Assembly (NCBI GenBank): GCA_015232565.1
Contig: JADFZK010000004.1
Coordinates: 11,907-75,906, forward strand
Direction: 5' to 3'
Origin: Candidatus Omnitrophota bacterium
GTDB lineage: Bacteria > Omnitrophota > Gorgyraeia > Zapsychrales > Fredricksoniimonadaceae
Length of the DNA stretch: 64,000 nucleotides
A program made the position numbers and the translations under genes. The notes beneath the pieces are model-generated. The model searched no databases, was not told where the DNA came from, and saw nothing but the letters and a program-made list of their open reading frames with translations. Below, in pieces: positions 49,784 through 60,246 of this stretch (the first letter of the stretch is position 1; each line of letters begins with the position of its first letter).

Positions 49784-51063
49784 AAACGCCCCTCGGCCTT
49801 CAATAAAAGATATTTGGCGGCATTGCCGATCATTTTATCGGCTGGAATATCATCGGGCACATACTCATTGGGCTTAACCCCGTCGAAAGGAAACGGCCGC
49901 CCATCCGGGAAATGCCCGCGGGCCACCACCATGGCCACACTCGAACCATCAGACATATTAAAAATACTTTTAAGCAGAACCTGCCCTGCGGTATCCCGCC
50001 CCACCACTATCGCCCGCTGACGAGCCTGCATCACGCCGGAAAACAACTCGGACGCGCTCCCGGTGCCGCTATTGACCAGGATCACCAGCGGCCAATCATA
50101 ATGGAACTCATCAGGCAGGCGCGGAATGACCAGCTCGGAGCGCGGCTTATGCCGGCCTTCAAAATACGCAAACAGCTCTTCATTAGGCAGAAAGAATGCC
50201 GAGACCATTAATGCCGCCAGCGGAGGCCCGCCGGGATTATTGCGCAGGTCGATAACCAGCCCCCGGGGCTTTTTAGCCGCGATCACAGGCAGAAAGCGGC
50301 TCATATCCTCATTGGTCTCCCGATTAAACTTCTGGATATCCAGACAATATACATCGGGCACCCCGGTCTCCCGAAGGAAAACAGTCTGTTTAAAGTACTC
50401 TTTACTGACCGGAGCGATTATATGCGGCTTACGCGCCACAGCGTCAATAAAATCAATCTGCACTCTCGCTCCGGCCAGCGGCACCAAAGCCGCCCGGGCG
50501 CGTTCTTCGCCCAGCTTAAGCACTTCCGTGCCATCAAGCCGCACAATAAGATCATTCTCGCGCAACCCCAGCGCGTAAGCGTCGGAACGTGGTTCAATAA
50601 AATTCACCACGAAGCCCGGCGCTTCCATCCGCCCTTCCACCCCCAGATCGATCTTCTGGCCGTAGACCTCCTGGGCAAACTTCTCCGCCGGCACGGGCGG
50701 AAGAAACCGGGAGAAAACATCATCGGGCTGTTTAAGATAATCCAACAGATAGGCGGTACTGCGCCAGCGCACATAGTCGGAACTTTTGCCCTCCAGCAAA
50801 AGGCTGGGCAGTATCTTTTCATCAAAAGATTTTATAAAACGGTCATAATCGGCGCGACGGATATCGAAAAAATAATTCTCGTCCATGGTCCGGTAAAGCT
50901 CCTCGAAATAAACCAGGCATTGCTCACGGACCGAACGCGGAGCGGACAGACTGGCCGCCGCGGCCGGGGCGTCTACCGCTTTACCCTCGACAGCCACCGG
51001 CAGGACAGACAGCAAAACACTGATCAACAGAAAATGAAACGGATATTTCATAAGTGGGGTCAT
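49780..51063 (-). CDS. S41 family (CtpA/Prc-like) periplasmic peptidase with PDZ domain
   Basis: Signal peptide; PDZ (SDAYALGLRENDLIVRLDG); VIDLRNNPGG; LVNSGTGSASELFSG; DGVKPNEYV. Confidence 0.9.
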   Translation of the reverse strand: MTPLMKYPFHFLLISVLLSVLPVAVEGKAVDAPAAAASLSAPRSVREQCLVYFEELYRTMDENYFFDIRRADYDRFIKSFDEKILPSLLLEGKSSDYVRWRSTAYLLDYLKQPDDVFSRFLPPVPAEKFAQEVYGQKIDLGVEGRMEAPGFVVNFIEPRSDAYALGLRENDLIVRLDGTEVLKLGEERARAALVPLAGARVQIDFIDAVARKPHIIAPVSKEYFKQTVFLRETGVPDVYCLDIQKFNRETNEDMSRFLPVIAAKKPRGLVIDLRNNPGGPPLAALMVSAFFLPNEELFAYFEGRHKPRSELVIPRLPDEFHYDWPLVILVNSGTGSASELFSGVMQARQRAIVVGRDTAGQVLLKSIFNMSDGSSVAMVVARGHFPDGRPFPFDGVKPNEYVPDDIPADKMIGNAAKYLLLKAEGRL

Positions 51064-51110
51064 TGTAACACCTCACCAAAGAATTAAAATCAAAAAGCTT
51101 GCGGAAAAAC

Positions 51111-51755
51111 TTAGGGCGCCTGAAAGCTGGCGGCAATGGCTGTGCGGATATCAGCGGGTCGCACGTTGATATTGGTGATAAAAGATTCATGCGTGCGGCC
51201 ACGGCGATAATCCGGCATTTTTTGCGGGATATTCAAATACCGGCTGACCAGGCCCAGGTCGAAAGCATAAAGGATCGTGCCATGATGCAGAATAAAATGC
51301 CTGCCGCGACGCTGGGCATTGCCGGAGAATTTCTGCTCGGTGGCCGCCAAAGCCAGGTCGCAAACCGGCCGCAGGGCCGCACCCACCCCCAGGCTGTTCA
51401 AAGCCCGGACGACTTTGCCCAGAATATAAACATAGGAACCGGTAATGCCACTCAGCGCCGGATCCCGGTGTTTACCCAGTACCAGTGAGAAATTCAAACA
51501 GCCCGGCCCCTGCAAAACAGTCCCTCCGCCGGAACTGCGGCGCAGGACCGGGATACTGTCCCGGATGCAAGCCTCCGAAAACACATCCTCGGCTTCTTTG
51601 CCGGTACGGCCCAAGACCACAAAATGGACCGGCGATTCCCAAAAGCGCAAACATTCAGGACCACTTGCCCCTGCGACCTCAGCCTGGCGTAAAAGATCAT
51701 CATCGTAATCAAGATTTCGCCGAGGATCCAGGAAGGACAGGTCCACCAACATCAT
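51111..51755 (-). CDS. Lipoate-protein ligase family (LplA/LipM-like catalytic domain)
   Basis: RRSSGGGTV, KFSGNAQ, HHGTILY; directly downstream of the gcv genes. Start is ATG 51755 or TTG 51791. Confidence 0.9.
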   Translation of the reverse strand: MMLVDLSFLDPRRNLDYDDDLLRQAEVAGASGPECLRFWESPVHFVVLGRTGKEAEDVFSEACIRDSIPVLRRSSGGGTVLQGPGCLNFSLVLGKHRDPALSGITGSYVYILGKVVRALNSLGVGAALRPVCDLALAATEQKFSGNAQRRGRHFILHHGTILYAFDLGLVSRYLNIPQKMPDYRRGRTHESFITNINVRPADIRTAIAASFQAP

Positions 51756-51787
51756 AAGGGCTCGCAATGGAATAACTGTAAAGACGA

Positions 51788-53239
51788 TCAAGCAAAGAAA
51801 TTTACCTTAACTTCACGCGCGGCTTTGGTTTCATCCGGCCGGGAAATAGGCATGGTGCGAGGTAAAAAATGGAAAACCTCGGGATCCTTTTGCGCAAGCT
51901 CGGCCGCCTCGATCATCGCGGCGGCAAACTCGTCGAGAGTCTCCCGGCTTTCGGTTTCGGTGGGCTCGACCATGATCGCTTCCTTAACCGTCAGCGGAAA
52001 ATATACCGTCGGAGGATGAATGTTACGATCAATAAGGAACTTGGCGATATCGATCGCGTGCACACCGCGCTCCAGCTGTTTCGACGCCGAGAAAAGGCAC
52101 TCATGCATACAAACCCGGTCGAAAGCCACCTGGTAATGGCCTTTCAACTTATGCAGAAGATAATTAGCATTCAACACCGCGTGATCGGCGGTCTGCTTGA
52201 GGCCTTCCCGGCCCAATATCAACATGTAAGCATAAGCCCGCAGAATGATGCCGAAAGCCCCGTAGAAAGACGCTATATACCCGATCGAATCCGCATGGTT
52301 GTAATCCAGGGCCAGCACGCCGTCAGCCCGCTTGACCACGCGCGATATCGGCAGGAACGGCTCCAGTTTCTCCGTCACTCCCACCGGGCCGGAACCCGGT
52401 CCGCCGCCGCCATGCGGCGTAGCAAAGGTCTTGTGTAAATTAAGATGCACCACATCAAAACCCAGGTCTCCCGGACGAGCGCGTCCGAGGATAGCGTTCA
52501 GATTGGCGCCGTCATAGTACATGATCCCATCGACCGAATGGATCAGCCGGCTGATCTCGTCGATCTGGGGGTTAAAGACCCCGTGGGTATCCGGACAAGT
52601 CATCATTAAACCGGCCACTTCAGGGGTCAATACAGCTTTCAGTTTAGCAAGATCCATCACGCCCCGTTTATCCGATGGCACCGATATAATACTATAACCC
52701 GCCACCGCCGCACTGGCCGGATTAGTGCCATGCGCGGAATCGGGAACTATGATAAATTTCTTGTTAGTATTGCCTTTGGCTTTGTGATACGCCGCCATCA
52801 GCATAATGCCGGTAAGTTCCCCATGGGCGCCCGCCAGCGGTTGCATGGTATAAGCTTTCATCCCGGTTATCTCGCACAGCCAGCGTTCACACTCGTAGAT
52901 CACTTCCAGCGCGCCCTGGGCGTATTTCTCGCCGCCCCGCAACTGAGGCAATAAAGGATGAAGATCCGCAAAACCGCTCAAGCCAGCCAGTTTCTCGGTG
53001 AACTTAGGGTTGTACTTCATAGTGCAGGAACCCAGCGGGTAAAAATTGGCATCCACCGAGAAGTTGCGCTGGGAAAGACGGGTAAAATGCCGCACTACAT
53101 CCAATTCCGACATCTCGGGCAACGGCGCAGCATTCGCGCGCACATATTTCGCCGCCAAAACAACTTTCACCGGAACGTCGGAAGCCGGAAGCTTTACTCC
53201 CTGGCGGCCCGCGGCGGATTGTTCAAAAGTCAGCTTCAT
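51788..53239 (-). CDS. gcvPB: Glycine dehydrogenase (decarboxylating) subunit 2
   Basis: FYPLGSCTMKYNP, SAHGTNPASA, YDGANLNA, HLNLHKTFATPHGGGGPG (PLP Lys); ATG 53239 overlaps the gcvPA stop. Confidence 0.97.
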   Translation of the reverse strand: MKLTFEQSAAGRQGVKLPASDVPVKVVLAAKYVRANAAPLPEMSELDVVRHFTRLSQRNFSVDANFYPLGSCTMKYNPKFTEKLAGLSGFADLHPLLPQLRGGEKYAQGALEVIYECERWLCEITGMKAYTMQPLAGAHGELTGIMLMAAYHKAKGNTNKKFIIVPDSAHGTNPASAAVAGYSIISVPSDKRGVMDLAKLKAVLTPEVAGLMMTCPDTHGVFNPQIDEISRLIHSVDGIMYYDGANLNAILGRARPGDLGFDVVHLNLHKTFATPHGGGGPGSGPVGVTEKLEPFLPISRVVKRADGVLALDYNHADSIGYIASFYGAFGIILRAYAYMLILGREGLKQTADHAVLNANYLLHKLKGHYQVAFDRVCMHECLFSASKQLERGVHAIDIAKFLIDRNIHPPTVYFPLTVKEAIMVEPTETESRETLDEFAAAMIEAAELAQKDPEVFHFLPRTMPISRPDETKAAREVKVNFFA

Positions 53240-54576
53240 ACGCCCAGCACCTCCGCCAAGGCCTGGCAATAAGCCAGCATTTCGTCCCTGGTGCGTTTCT
53301 CGGTCACCGCTATCAACAAATAATCGTCCATTCCTTTATAATAACGGCCCAACGGAAAACCCGCGGCAAAGCCGCGCGCCATCATGGCCTCAATAACATC
53401 ATTGGCATTTCTAGGTAACCGCACAGTAAATTCGTTGAAAGTCGGCGCGGAGCGCTTGACCTCAACCCCCTTGAGGGCCGACAACCGGCTTTTAAGGAAC
53501 TCGGCCTTGTCCAGGTTCAATTGCGCCAACTGGCGCAAGCCCTGCCGGCCGATCAAAGACATAAAGATCGTTGCCTGGGTGGCGCAAAGCGCAACATTGG
53601 TGCAAATATTGGAAGTGGCTTTTTCGCGCCGGATATGCTGTTCCCGGGCCTGCAGGGTATTAACAAAACAACGCCGGCCCTGGGCATCCACCGTCTCGCC
53701 AACGATACGGCCGGGCAGTTGCCGAATGAACTTCTTGCGCGTCGCCATAAAACCCAGATACGGGCCGCCAAAATTAAGCGCCAGGCCTAAAGACTGCCCC
53801 TCACCGGTAACGATATCCGCATTCATCTCGGCCGGAGTCTTCAACAGGCCCAGGGACACCGGATACACGCTCTCGATCACCAAGGCGCCGCAGGCATGCG
53901 CTTTTTCAATGATATCGGTATGATCATCGATCGTGCCAAAGAAATTCGGGTTCTGCAGGATAAGCGCAGCGGTCTGATCGTCCAAAGCCTGCACTAGAGC
54001 CGCGCGATCCGCCTGGCCATGTGCCACCGGCACCTCAACGAACACAATGTGCAAACTATGGGTGTAAGAATCAAGTATCTTGCGATAGATCGGGCTTACC
54101 CCGCCGTCGATCACTATCTTCTTGCGGCCGGTAAGGCGTACAGCCATCATCATCGCCTCGTATAAAGCCGTGCCGCCTTCATAAAGCGAAGCATTCGCCA
54201 CCTCCATACCGGTCAGGGCACAGATACAGCTTTGAAACTCATAAAGAGCCTGCAAGGTACCTTGCGCGCATTCCGGCTGATACGGAGTATACGCGGTATA
54301 GAACTCACCACGGGAGATCAAGGCCGAACACGCCGCCGGAACATAATGATCATAATACCCTCCGCCCATAAAGGGCACCGGGCCGACCATGTTCTTCAAA
54401 GAAAGGGCGCTAATATGCCTCACAACTTCATACTCGGACAAGCCGGCCGGCAGGTCAAAAGAACGGGGAGACTGACGGGGCTGAATATCGACAAAGAGAT
54501 CGTCAATAGCGCGCGCACCGACCGCCTCAAGCATCAGGCGGACATCCTCCGGAGTATTGGCTATGTAAGGATTCAT
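53236..54576 (-). CDS. gcvPA: Glycine dehydrogenase (decarboxylating) subunit 1
   Basis: FYTAYTPYQPECAQGTLQ, NASLYEG, QNPNFFG, FGGPYLG, LQAREQHIRREKATSNICTN. Confidence 0.97.
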   Translation of the reverse strand: MNPYIANTPEDVRLMLEAVGARAIDDLFVDIQPRQSPRSFDLPAGLSEYEVVRHISALSLKNMVGPVPFMGGGYYDHYVPAACSALISRGEFYTAYTPYQPECAQGTLQALYEFQSCICALTGMEVANASLYEGGTALYEAMMMAVRLTGRKKIVIDGGVSPIYRKILDSYTHSLHIVFVEVPVAHGQADRAALVQALDDQTAALILQNPNFFGTIDDHTDIIEKAHACGALVIESVYPVSLGLLKTPAEMNADIVTGEGQSLGLALNFGGPYLGFMATRKKFIRQLPGRIVGETVDAQGRRCFVNTLQAREQHIRREKATSNICTNVALCATQATIFMSLIGRQGLRQLAQLNLDKAEFLKSRLSALKGVEVKRSAPTFNEFTVRLPRNANDVIEAMMARGFAAGFPLGRYYKGMDDYLLIAVTEKRTRDEMLAYCQALAEVLGV

Positions 54577-54605
54577 AGGCGGGTCTCTACGGGCCGTGGC
54601 AAACC

Positions 54606-55022
54606 TTAATCTTCGACAGAATCCCCGGTGTCGTTACGGTCCAGGCTGGCCAGATAATTGCGGTATTCATCGGCAGTCAACAAATTGGAAGTTTCATCCT
54701 CATCGACCATTTCGATCTTCACGATCCAGCCTTTATCATAACAATAACGGTTCAAGATCGACGGGTCATCCGCCAAGTCTTCATTGACCTCTATGACCCG
54801 GCCGGAAATCGGCGAGAAAATATCGCTGGCAGACTTTACCGATTCCACCGAAAGCAACTGCTCAAACTGCTCGACTTCCTTGTCGACGCCCGGCAATTCC
54901 ACATAAGTAATATCCCCTAAAGCAGACTGGGCGTATTCGGTAATGCCCACCGTGCCGATATTATCCTCGATGTTAACCCACTCATGCTCTTTGGTGTACA
55001 GAAAACGTTCAATGATCTCCAT
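54606..55022 (-). CDS. gcvH: Glycine cleavage system H protein
   Basis: YTKEHEW, VGITEYAQSALGDI, VESVKSASDIFSPISG (lipoyl Lys); GAGGAG RBS. Confidence 0.97.
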   Translation of the reverse strand: MEIIERFLYTKEHEWVNIEDNIGTVGITEYAQSALGDITYVELPGVDKEVEQFEQLLSVESVKSASDIFSPISGRVIEVNEDLADDPSILNRYCYDKGWIVKIEMVDEDETSNLLTADEYRNYLASLDRNDTGDSVED

Positions 55023-55073
55023 GGAATACTCCTCACTAAATTTGACTATGATGACATTTGCGTCGCAAGAACA

Positions 55074-56162
55074 TCAATTCTTTAATGTCCCCAGCTTATA
55101 AAAAGGGCGCGCTACCAGTTCCGCGCGCTCCCTGAATTTTGCATCACCAAATATAATCTCTTTGCTATTGCTCGTAAACTCTTTTTTTATAAATCCCATA
55201 CCAATACCCGCCCCCAGGGCCGGTGAGAATGTGCCGCTCACGACGATACCCACCGGGACATCACCACCCGTATAAAGCCAGTGCCCCTGACGCGGTGCAC
55301 GACGGCTTTGCGCAGTGAAACATACCAGCTTTTGTGCCGGGCCGCTGTGTTCTTCCGCTTGCCAAGCCTGCCGCCCAATAAAGTCTTTGGTGCCATCCAC
55401 AAAACGCTTCAGGCCGGCCTGCAAAGGAGAAATATCCTCACTTAATTCATGGCCGTAAAGCGGATAACAAACCTCGACCCGTAAAACATCACGCACCCCC
55501 AGCCCGGTGGGCTTAACCCGCGGATCAGCCAGCACAGTTTCCCAGAAACGCCCGGCTTTTTCCCACGGGAAATAAACTTCATAACCGAGCTCGCCGGTAT
55601 ACCCCGTACGGCTCACTATGACCTTCTCACCCAGCACCACGAACTCGCCGCACGCATAATGCGCCAACCCTTCGATGCCACTTACCAGAGGCTTAAGGAC
55701 TTCGCGCGCCAGCGGACCTTGCACATCCAGCTTCGCCAGCGCCGGGGAGACATCCCGAAAATTAGCACCCGATCTCAAATTCGCCCTAAAGTGTGCGGCG
55801 TCTTTATTGATATTCGCGGCATTAACCACCACCATCCATTTCTTCCCGGCCAGACGGTAAACAATAAGATCATCAATAGTCCCGCCTTTTTCATTCAAGG
55901 CAAAACCATACCGGCAAGTGCCCACTGATTGATCAGCCAAAGGCTGGGTCACAATGCGGTCCAGGCCAGTGTCTTCCAGCCGGCCTTCAATAATAAATTC
56001 ACCCATATGCGAACAATCAAACAACGAGCAGCCTTTGCGATTGGCGTCGTGCTCCCGAATAATACCCTCGGGATACTGCAAAGGCATATCCCAGCCGCCG
56101 AACTCCACCACCTTGGCTCCCAGGGCAATATGCTGTTGATATAAAGGTGTACGCAAAGCCAT
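55074..56162 (-). CDS. gcvT: Glycine cleavage system aminomethyltransferase T
   Basis: RTPLY, FGGWDMPLQY, FDCSHMGE, VQGP, SRTGYTGELGYE, GLGVRDVLRVE. Confidence 0.97.
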   Translation of the reverse strand: MALRTPLYQQHIALGAKVVEFGGWDMPLQYPEGIIREHDANRKGCSLFDCSHMGEFIIEGRLEDTGLDRIVTQPLADQSVGTCRYGFALNEKGGTIDDLIVYRLAGKKWMVVVNAANINKDAAHFRANLRSGANFRDVSPALAKLDVQGPLAREVLKPLVSGIEGLAHYACGEFVVLGEKVIVSRTGYTGELGYEVYFPWEKAGRFWETVLADPRVKPTGLGVRDVLRVEVCYPLYGHELSEDISPLQAGLKRFVDGTKDFIGRQAWQAEEHSGPAQKLVCFTAQSRRAPRQGHWLYTGGDVPVGIVVSGTFSPALGAGIGMGFIKKEFTSNSKEIIFGDAKFRERAELVARPFYKLGTLKN

Positions 56163-56165
56163 ATA

Positions 56166-59100
56166 TTACTCCAGGAAAATATCAATACGAGAAACCTTAC
56201 CGTCCCGGACCGCCCGGGCTAAAGGCGGCGGAATAACCGCGCCTTTTACCACTAACGACTTTTTCCGACCGGCATATTTAATTACCGACCGCACAGCCCT
56301 GGCCTGCTCACTGCCAAAAGTATTCTTTAACCCCGGATTATGGTAAACCACCAGAGTCCGCCCCATGAACACGAAAGCATAGCTCCGCGCCGGGAAAGAC
56401 AGCACGCGCGACTTGCCCTCCATTACCAGCCGGGCCGACGAAGCAGCTTTGGTGAAATACTTGCCCGGCAGGGCCGGACGCAATACCAGCTCAACCTCTT
56501 TATCCGCGTTGATCACAAACGGTGCCGGGCCCGCGTTCATATACATCCAGATATGGACGAATTCCGCGGTACTACCCGACAAACGGGCTACGTAACCCTG
56601 GCCATGAATAGCCTGGTCCGTATGCGCGCTGGAAACCAGGAAAGACGAATTCTCCAGAATACTGCGGCCATAACGCGCCGGCGGCATGAACGCTACACAG
56701 CAAGTATCCATGGCCGAATGGAACTCTTCGTACAAACCAAGCCGCAAGAGCTCCAAAAGGTATTTATATTCCATGTGCAGCCAGATCGATTCATTCTCCA
56801 GCCAGCCCCGCGGAAACACCCGGGTACGGCCCACTTCCTCGGTCTCGCGCGAAATATCAGCATTTAATTTGTACATGTCCAGCGCCTGGTCATAAAGAGA
56901 GCTGCCTTTGACCTTGCCATGCAGAGCCCGGGCTTTAACCTGATCCGTCTCACAGCGCAAGGCATGCACAAGCCCCTCCAGGAACAGAGGCATATCGTGC
57001 CGTTCGAAAGCCAGCGGGCGCACATGCGGGCCTTCCTTGGCATCCGCCACGCCATCCATCGGCTCATACCGGGTAACCTGGTGATAGAAGTATGTAGGAA
57101 ACAACCCGTCCGGACGCATAGCATTCGCGACCCCCGCATCCACTTTCCGGACGACCGCCTCCAAGAGGGTGCAAATATCCCCCACCAAAAGGCCTTTTTC
57201 CACCCCACTTACCCCGGCACGAACCTTGACGCGATATTCTTCCTTCGAAGTGTTAGCTTTCTTCCAGTAATCCAGGTCGCCGGGCTTTTCATCCAGAACA
57301 GCCTTAAGCTCATCGAAGAACAAAGCCAATTCCTCAAACACCAGCACCACTTCAGTGCCGTCCAAAGCCAGCCTTCGGCAAGCATTCAGCACAAACAGGG
57401 CATGGCGTTTTAGTTCAAACGTTTCCGCGATAGACGAGCCTAAAAGCCCGGGCAAGCCGTTAAGAGAATCATACCAACCCGGCTTGTTCGCCTCCATATC
57501 GATGCCGATACCGCTCGGATCGAAAGTCGCCGCTTTATTCACTATAAGACAAAGCAATTTAACCAGCAGGCTGGTACGATACACATCGCCCTGCCCATGC
57601 CGGATACGCAGGCGATGCCCGCGGTCCTGATCTTTCTTGCCTTCGTGCAGTGAATCGTACTGCCGCACACCGCGGGCAGTCAACACATAACGCTCGTCGC
57701 GCGGGCGCACATAAGCCGCGTTATGATAAAAAGAAAACTCCCGGTTCTCCAGGATAAGGGCCCGCAGATTCTCGGGATACAACGCCAAATAACTCTCCAC
57801 CAGATCCAGATTATAGGTCCAGTGATCCACCCAAAAGCCTTCGCCATGCTCGGCAGTCTCAAACTTCTGGCAAAGCCCCAGCAATCCAGTCAGGAAGCTG
57901 TGCGCTGAAACCTTTAACCGTATCGCGTTCTCAGCCAGAAACACGAACAGATCTCCCGGCATAAACCCCTTGCGCAAAAACGCCTTTAAAACCGCCTGGT
58001 CGCCAGACTTAACCGTACGGGCCAATAACTCGTCGATCTTTTGGTCATCATCGGCCGTAAAGGCCATGCCGCAAACCACCAGAGGGTTATACCCGTCCGC
58101 CTGGGAAAGGCTGAAGAAGCTCAGGATCGCATTCTCTTTAAGGTCACTGTTAAACCACACATCATTACGGCGGTTCTGGTTAACATCGCGATAATTCCCG
58201 TTCCCCTGTGACAAGAACGTCGGAGAAAGACGGAAGAAATTATAATCACGCTCAGGGTCACCGTGCTTGCGGCTGTAAACATTAAACACCGCCGGGCCTT
58301 CACCGGTCTTCAGCGAGATCGGCAATCCGCCGCGCATAACATTGTCCAGAAAAGTCTGGCCGGAATAAGCATCAAAAGCAGGATAAGCGCTGTGGGTGAA
58401 CAGCCGGGACTTTATCTCTTCAATAATAACCCGGTTACGCTCAGCTTTGGCGGCCACAAAACCTTTGGCGGTAAGCTTGCGCACATTAACATTAAGTTCC
58501 TCGACACTGCGCGCAAATCCGATCACACTCACCACTTCCCTGGAAGCACCGGAACCCAACCCAAAACTAACAGCGGTCATGGCGCTGGGCGTACGATTAT
58601 CGGTCTGCTGTACTTTCGGCAGGCTGAACTCACCCGCCGCCATGAAACGCTCAGGCGCGATAAGATCAGTAGCTAAACCAAAAACCGCCGAGGCTTCCAC
58701 CACCGGATCCAGCAAAACACCCGGCCGGGCGGCAGGATCGAAAGCAAAATAAAAGTTGCCTTCCTTTATGTGTTTGGTCTGCGGAGTATCGGCGGGTTCA
58801 ACGTTCAACTGATAATAAGGCGCCTTGCGATCCATATTGCGCACCTTATACCAGGCTTCAATGGTGCGGCACATATTCTTCATCACCCAGTCATTCTGGC
58901 CAAAAGGGCTGATAGCCGGCAAGCCGTCCACCATTTGCAATGTTGTCCGCACTTTGGAAATATTTTCCAATTTAACGCGACGGACCAACCCGGCAAAAGG
59001 TTCTTCGGCAACGGTAAAATAATTAACTGTTACCTTCAAGCCCAACGTTGAATTGATCTCTTCGATGGTCAAGTCATGGGATGAAATTATCATGCGCTGG

Positions 59101-59432
59101 GCAAGCTGGTAGGCCTGACCCGCCGGAGAACGAAAGGGCTCATAGAAGAATGAACCGCCCTTCCGGTTGACTTTCAGAAAAGTACGGAAACCATGAGTAG
59201 CGGTCAACTGATAGGCTTTATTGGCGGGCTGAAATTCCAATATCGCCTTGTCCTTGGACTCGATACCAAAACTGGCAATACATTGCCCGCGATTGGCCGT
59301 AAACACCCACATCGGCGTGCCCCACACTCCCGCTATACCAGGGAAGAAATTGGAAAAAGGCCGGGCCTGGTGATAATCATTGATCACAAAACTGCCGTTT
59401 TCCAGCAAAGCGTATTGGTCTTTCCCGGGCAT
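56166..59432 (-). CDS. Large glycoside phosphorylase of the GH94-related clan, probably GH161 beta-1,3-glucan phosphorylase
   Basis: 1088 aa; MWVFTANRGQCIASFG, YSRKHGDPERDYN, QGNGNYRDVNQNRR, GEGFWVDHWTYNLD, EANKPGWYDSLNGLPG, GWLENESIWLHMEYKY. Subfamily assigned from recalled motifs. Confidence 0.75.
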   Translation of the reverse strand: MPGKDQYALLENGSFVINDYHQARPFSNFFPGIAGVWGTPMWVFTANRGQCIASFGIESKDKAILEFQPANKAYQLTATHGFRTFLKVNRKGGSFFYEPFRSPAGQAYQLAQRMIISSHDLTIEEINSTLGLKVTVNYFTVAEEPFAGLVRRVKLENISKVRTTLQMVDGLPAISPFGQNDWVMKNMCRTIEAWYKVRNMDRKAPYYQLNVEPADTPQTKHIKEGNFYFAFDPAARPGVLLDPVVEASAVFGLATDLIAPERFMAAGEFSLPKVQQTDNRTPSAMTAVSFGLGSGASREVVSVIGFARSVEELNVNVRKLTAKGFVAAKAERNRVIIEEIKSRLFTHSAYPAFDAYSGQTFLDNVMRGGLPISLKTGEGPAVFNVYSRKHGDPERDYNFFRLSPTFLSQGNGNYRDVNQNRRNDVWFNSDLKENAILSFFSLSQADGYNPLVVCGMAFTADDDQKIDELLARTVKSGDQAVLKAFLRKGFMPGDLFVFLAENAIRLKVSAHSFLTGLLGLCQKFETAEHGEGFWVDHWTYNLDLVESYLALYPENLRALILENREFSFYHNAAYVRPRDERYVLTARGVRQYDSLHEGKKDQDRGHRLRIRHGQGDVYRTSLLVKLLCLIVNKAATFDPSGIGIDMEANKPGWYDSLNGLPGLLGSSIAETFELKRHALFVLNACRRLALDGTEVVLVFEELALFFDELKAVLDEKPGDLDYWKKANTSKEEYRVKVRAGVSGVEKGLLVGDICTLLEAVVRKVDAGVANAMRPDGLFPTYFYHQVTRYEPMDGVADAKEGPHVRPLAFERHDMPLFLEGLVHALRCETDQVKARALHGKVKGSSLYDQALDMYKLNADISRETEEVGRTRVFPRGWLENESIWLHMEYKYLLELLRLGLYEEFHSAMDTCCVAFMPPARYGRSILENSSFLVSSAHTDQAIHGQGYVARLSGSTAEFVHIWMYMNAGPAPFVINADKEVELVLRPALPGKYFTKAASSARLVMEGKSRVLSFPARSYAFVFMGRTLVVYHNPGLKNTFGSEQARAVRSVIKYAGRKKSLVVKGAVIPPPLARAVRDGKVSRIDIFLE

Positions 59433-59443
59433 ATTCAGCTTCC

Positions 59444-60244
59444 TTAATATGGACTTTGAGAGTCACGGATCAAATTGTAATATCCGGACAACTTAACCAG
59501 TAGTACAACAGCTCCATCCGCATCTTTAATGCGTATGCGCTTAATTTCATAAAGATCCCAATTCAAACGGTCCCGCCCGCGATTAGTGGTAAAAGCCGCC
59601 TTATAACCGGCCTGACGAGCAATGAGTTTCATCTCATCACTAAAACCACCGGTAGGGAACGCCAGATAATCGACATTACGGCCCAGTTGCCTTTCCAATT
59701 CGCGCTTACTGTCCACGATCTCCCGGCGTGCCGTATCCAGCGGCAGGTCAGGCAAATACGCATGAGTAACCGTATGACTGCCGATCGTTATTCCATGCGC
59801 GGACATCTCCAGCATCTGCGCCCGGTCCAGGCGCGGCCACGCCCATTGCTCGGCAGGGCCGCCCACCGCCGCAGAAGGCACAAAGATCAGCGCCGGCAGG
59901 TCGTATTTTCTCAATACCGGATAGGCCTGGGTGAAATTGTCCAGAACCCCATCATCGAAGGTAATAACCACGCTTTTCGCGGGGAATTTGCCGCCCGCGG
60001 CCGTAATGGCCGCGTACTCATCGGCCGTTAGAACCCGGTAACCATTCTGTTTAATGAACCGCATCTGGCGCTCAAAGGCAGCGGGGCTCACCGAATTAGC
60101 GCTGTCGCGCTGGTTCTCGGCGATACTAATGCTGTGATACATTAATACCGGCACCACATATCGGCCCGGAAGCCAAAAGAATAAAAAAATAACCGCAGCC
60201 GCCAGGACTCCGCAGGCCGCCAACCATATTTTTCTCATAAGCAA
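59444..60244 (-). CDS. Polysaccharide deacetylase (CE4/NodB domain) with N-terminal anchor
   Basis: PVLMYH, ITFDDG, IGSHTVTH, LAFPTG, AGYKAAFTT. Confidence 0.93.
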   Translation of the reverse strand: MLMRKIWLAACGVLAAAVIFLFFWLPGRYVVPVLMYHSISIAENQRDSANSVSPAAFERQMRFIKQNGYRVLTADEYAAITAAGGKFPAKSVVITFDDGVLDNFTQAYPVLRKYDLPALIFVPSAAVGGPAEQWAWPRLDRAQMLEMSAHGITIGSHTVTHAYLPDLPLDTARREIVDSKRELERQLGRNVDYLAFPTGGFSDEMKLIARQAGYKAAFTTNRGRDRLNWDLYEIKRIRIKDADGAVVLLVKLSGYYNLIRDSQSPY

Positions 60245-60246
60245 AA

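Noticed and set aside
56160-56170. Glycine riboswitch upstream of gcvT
   Set aside because: Only 3 bp separate gcvT from the upstream gene
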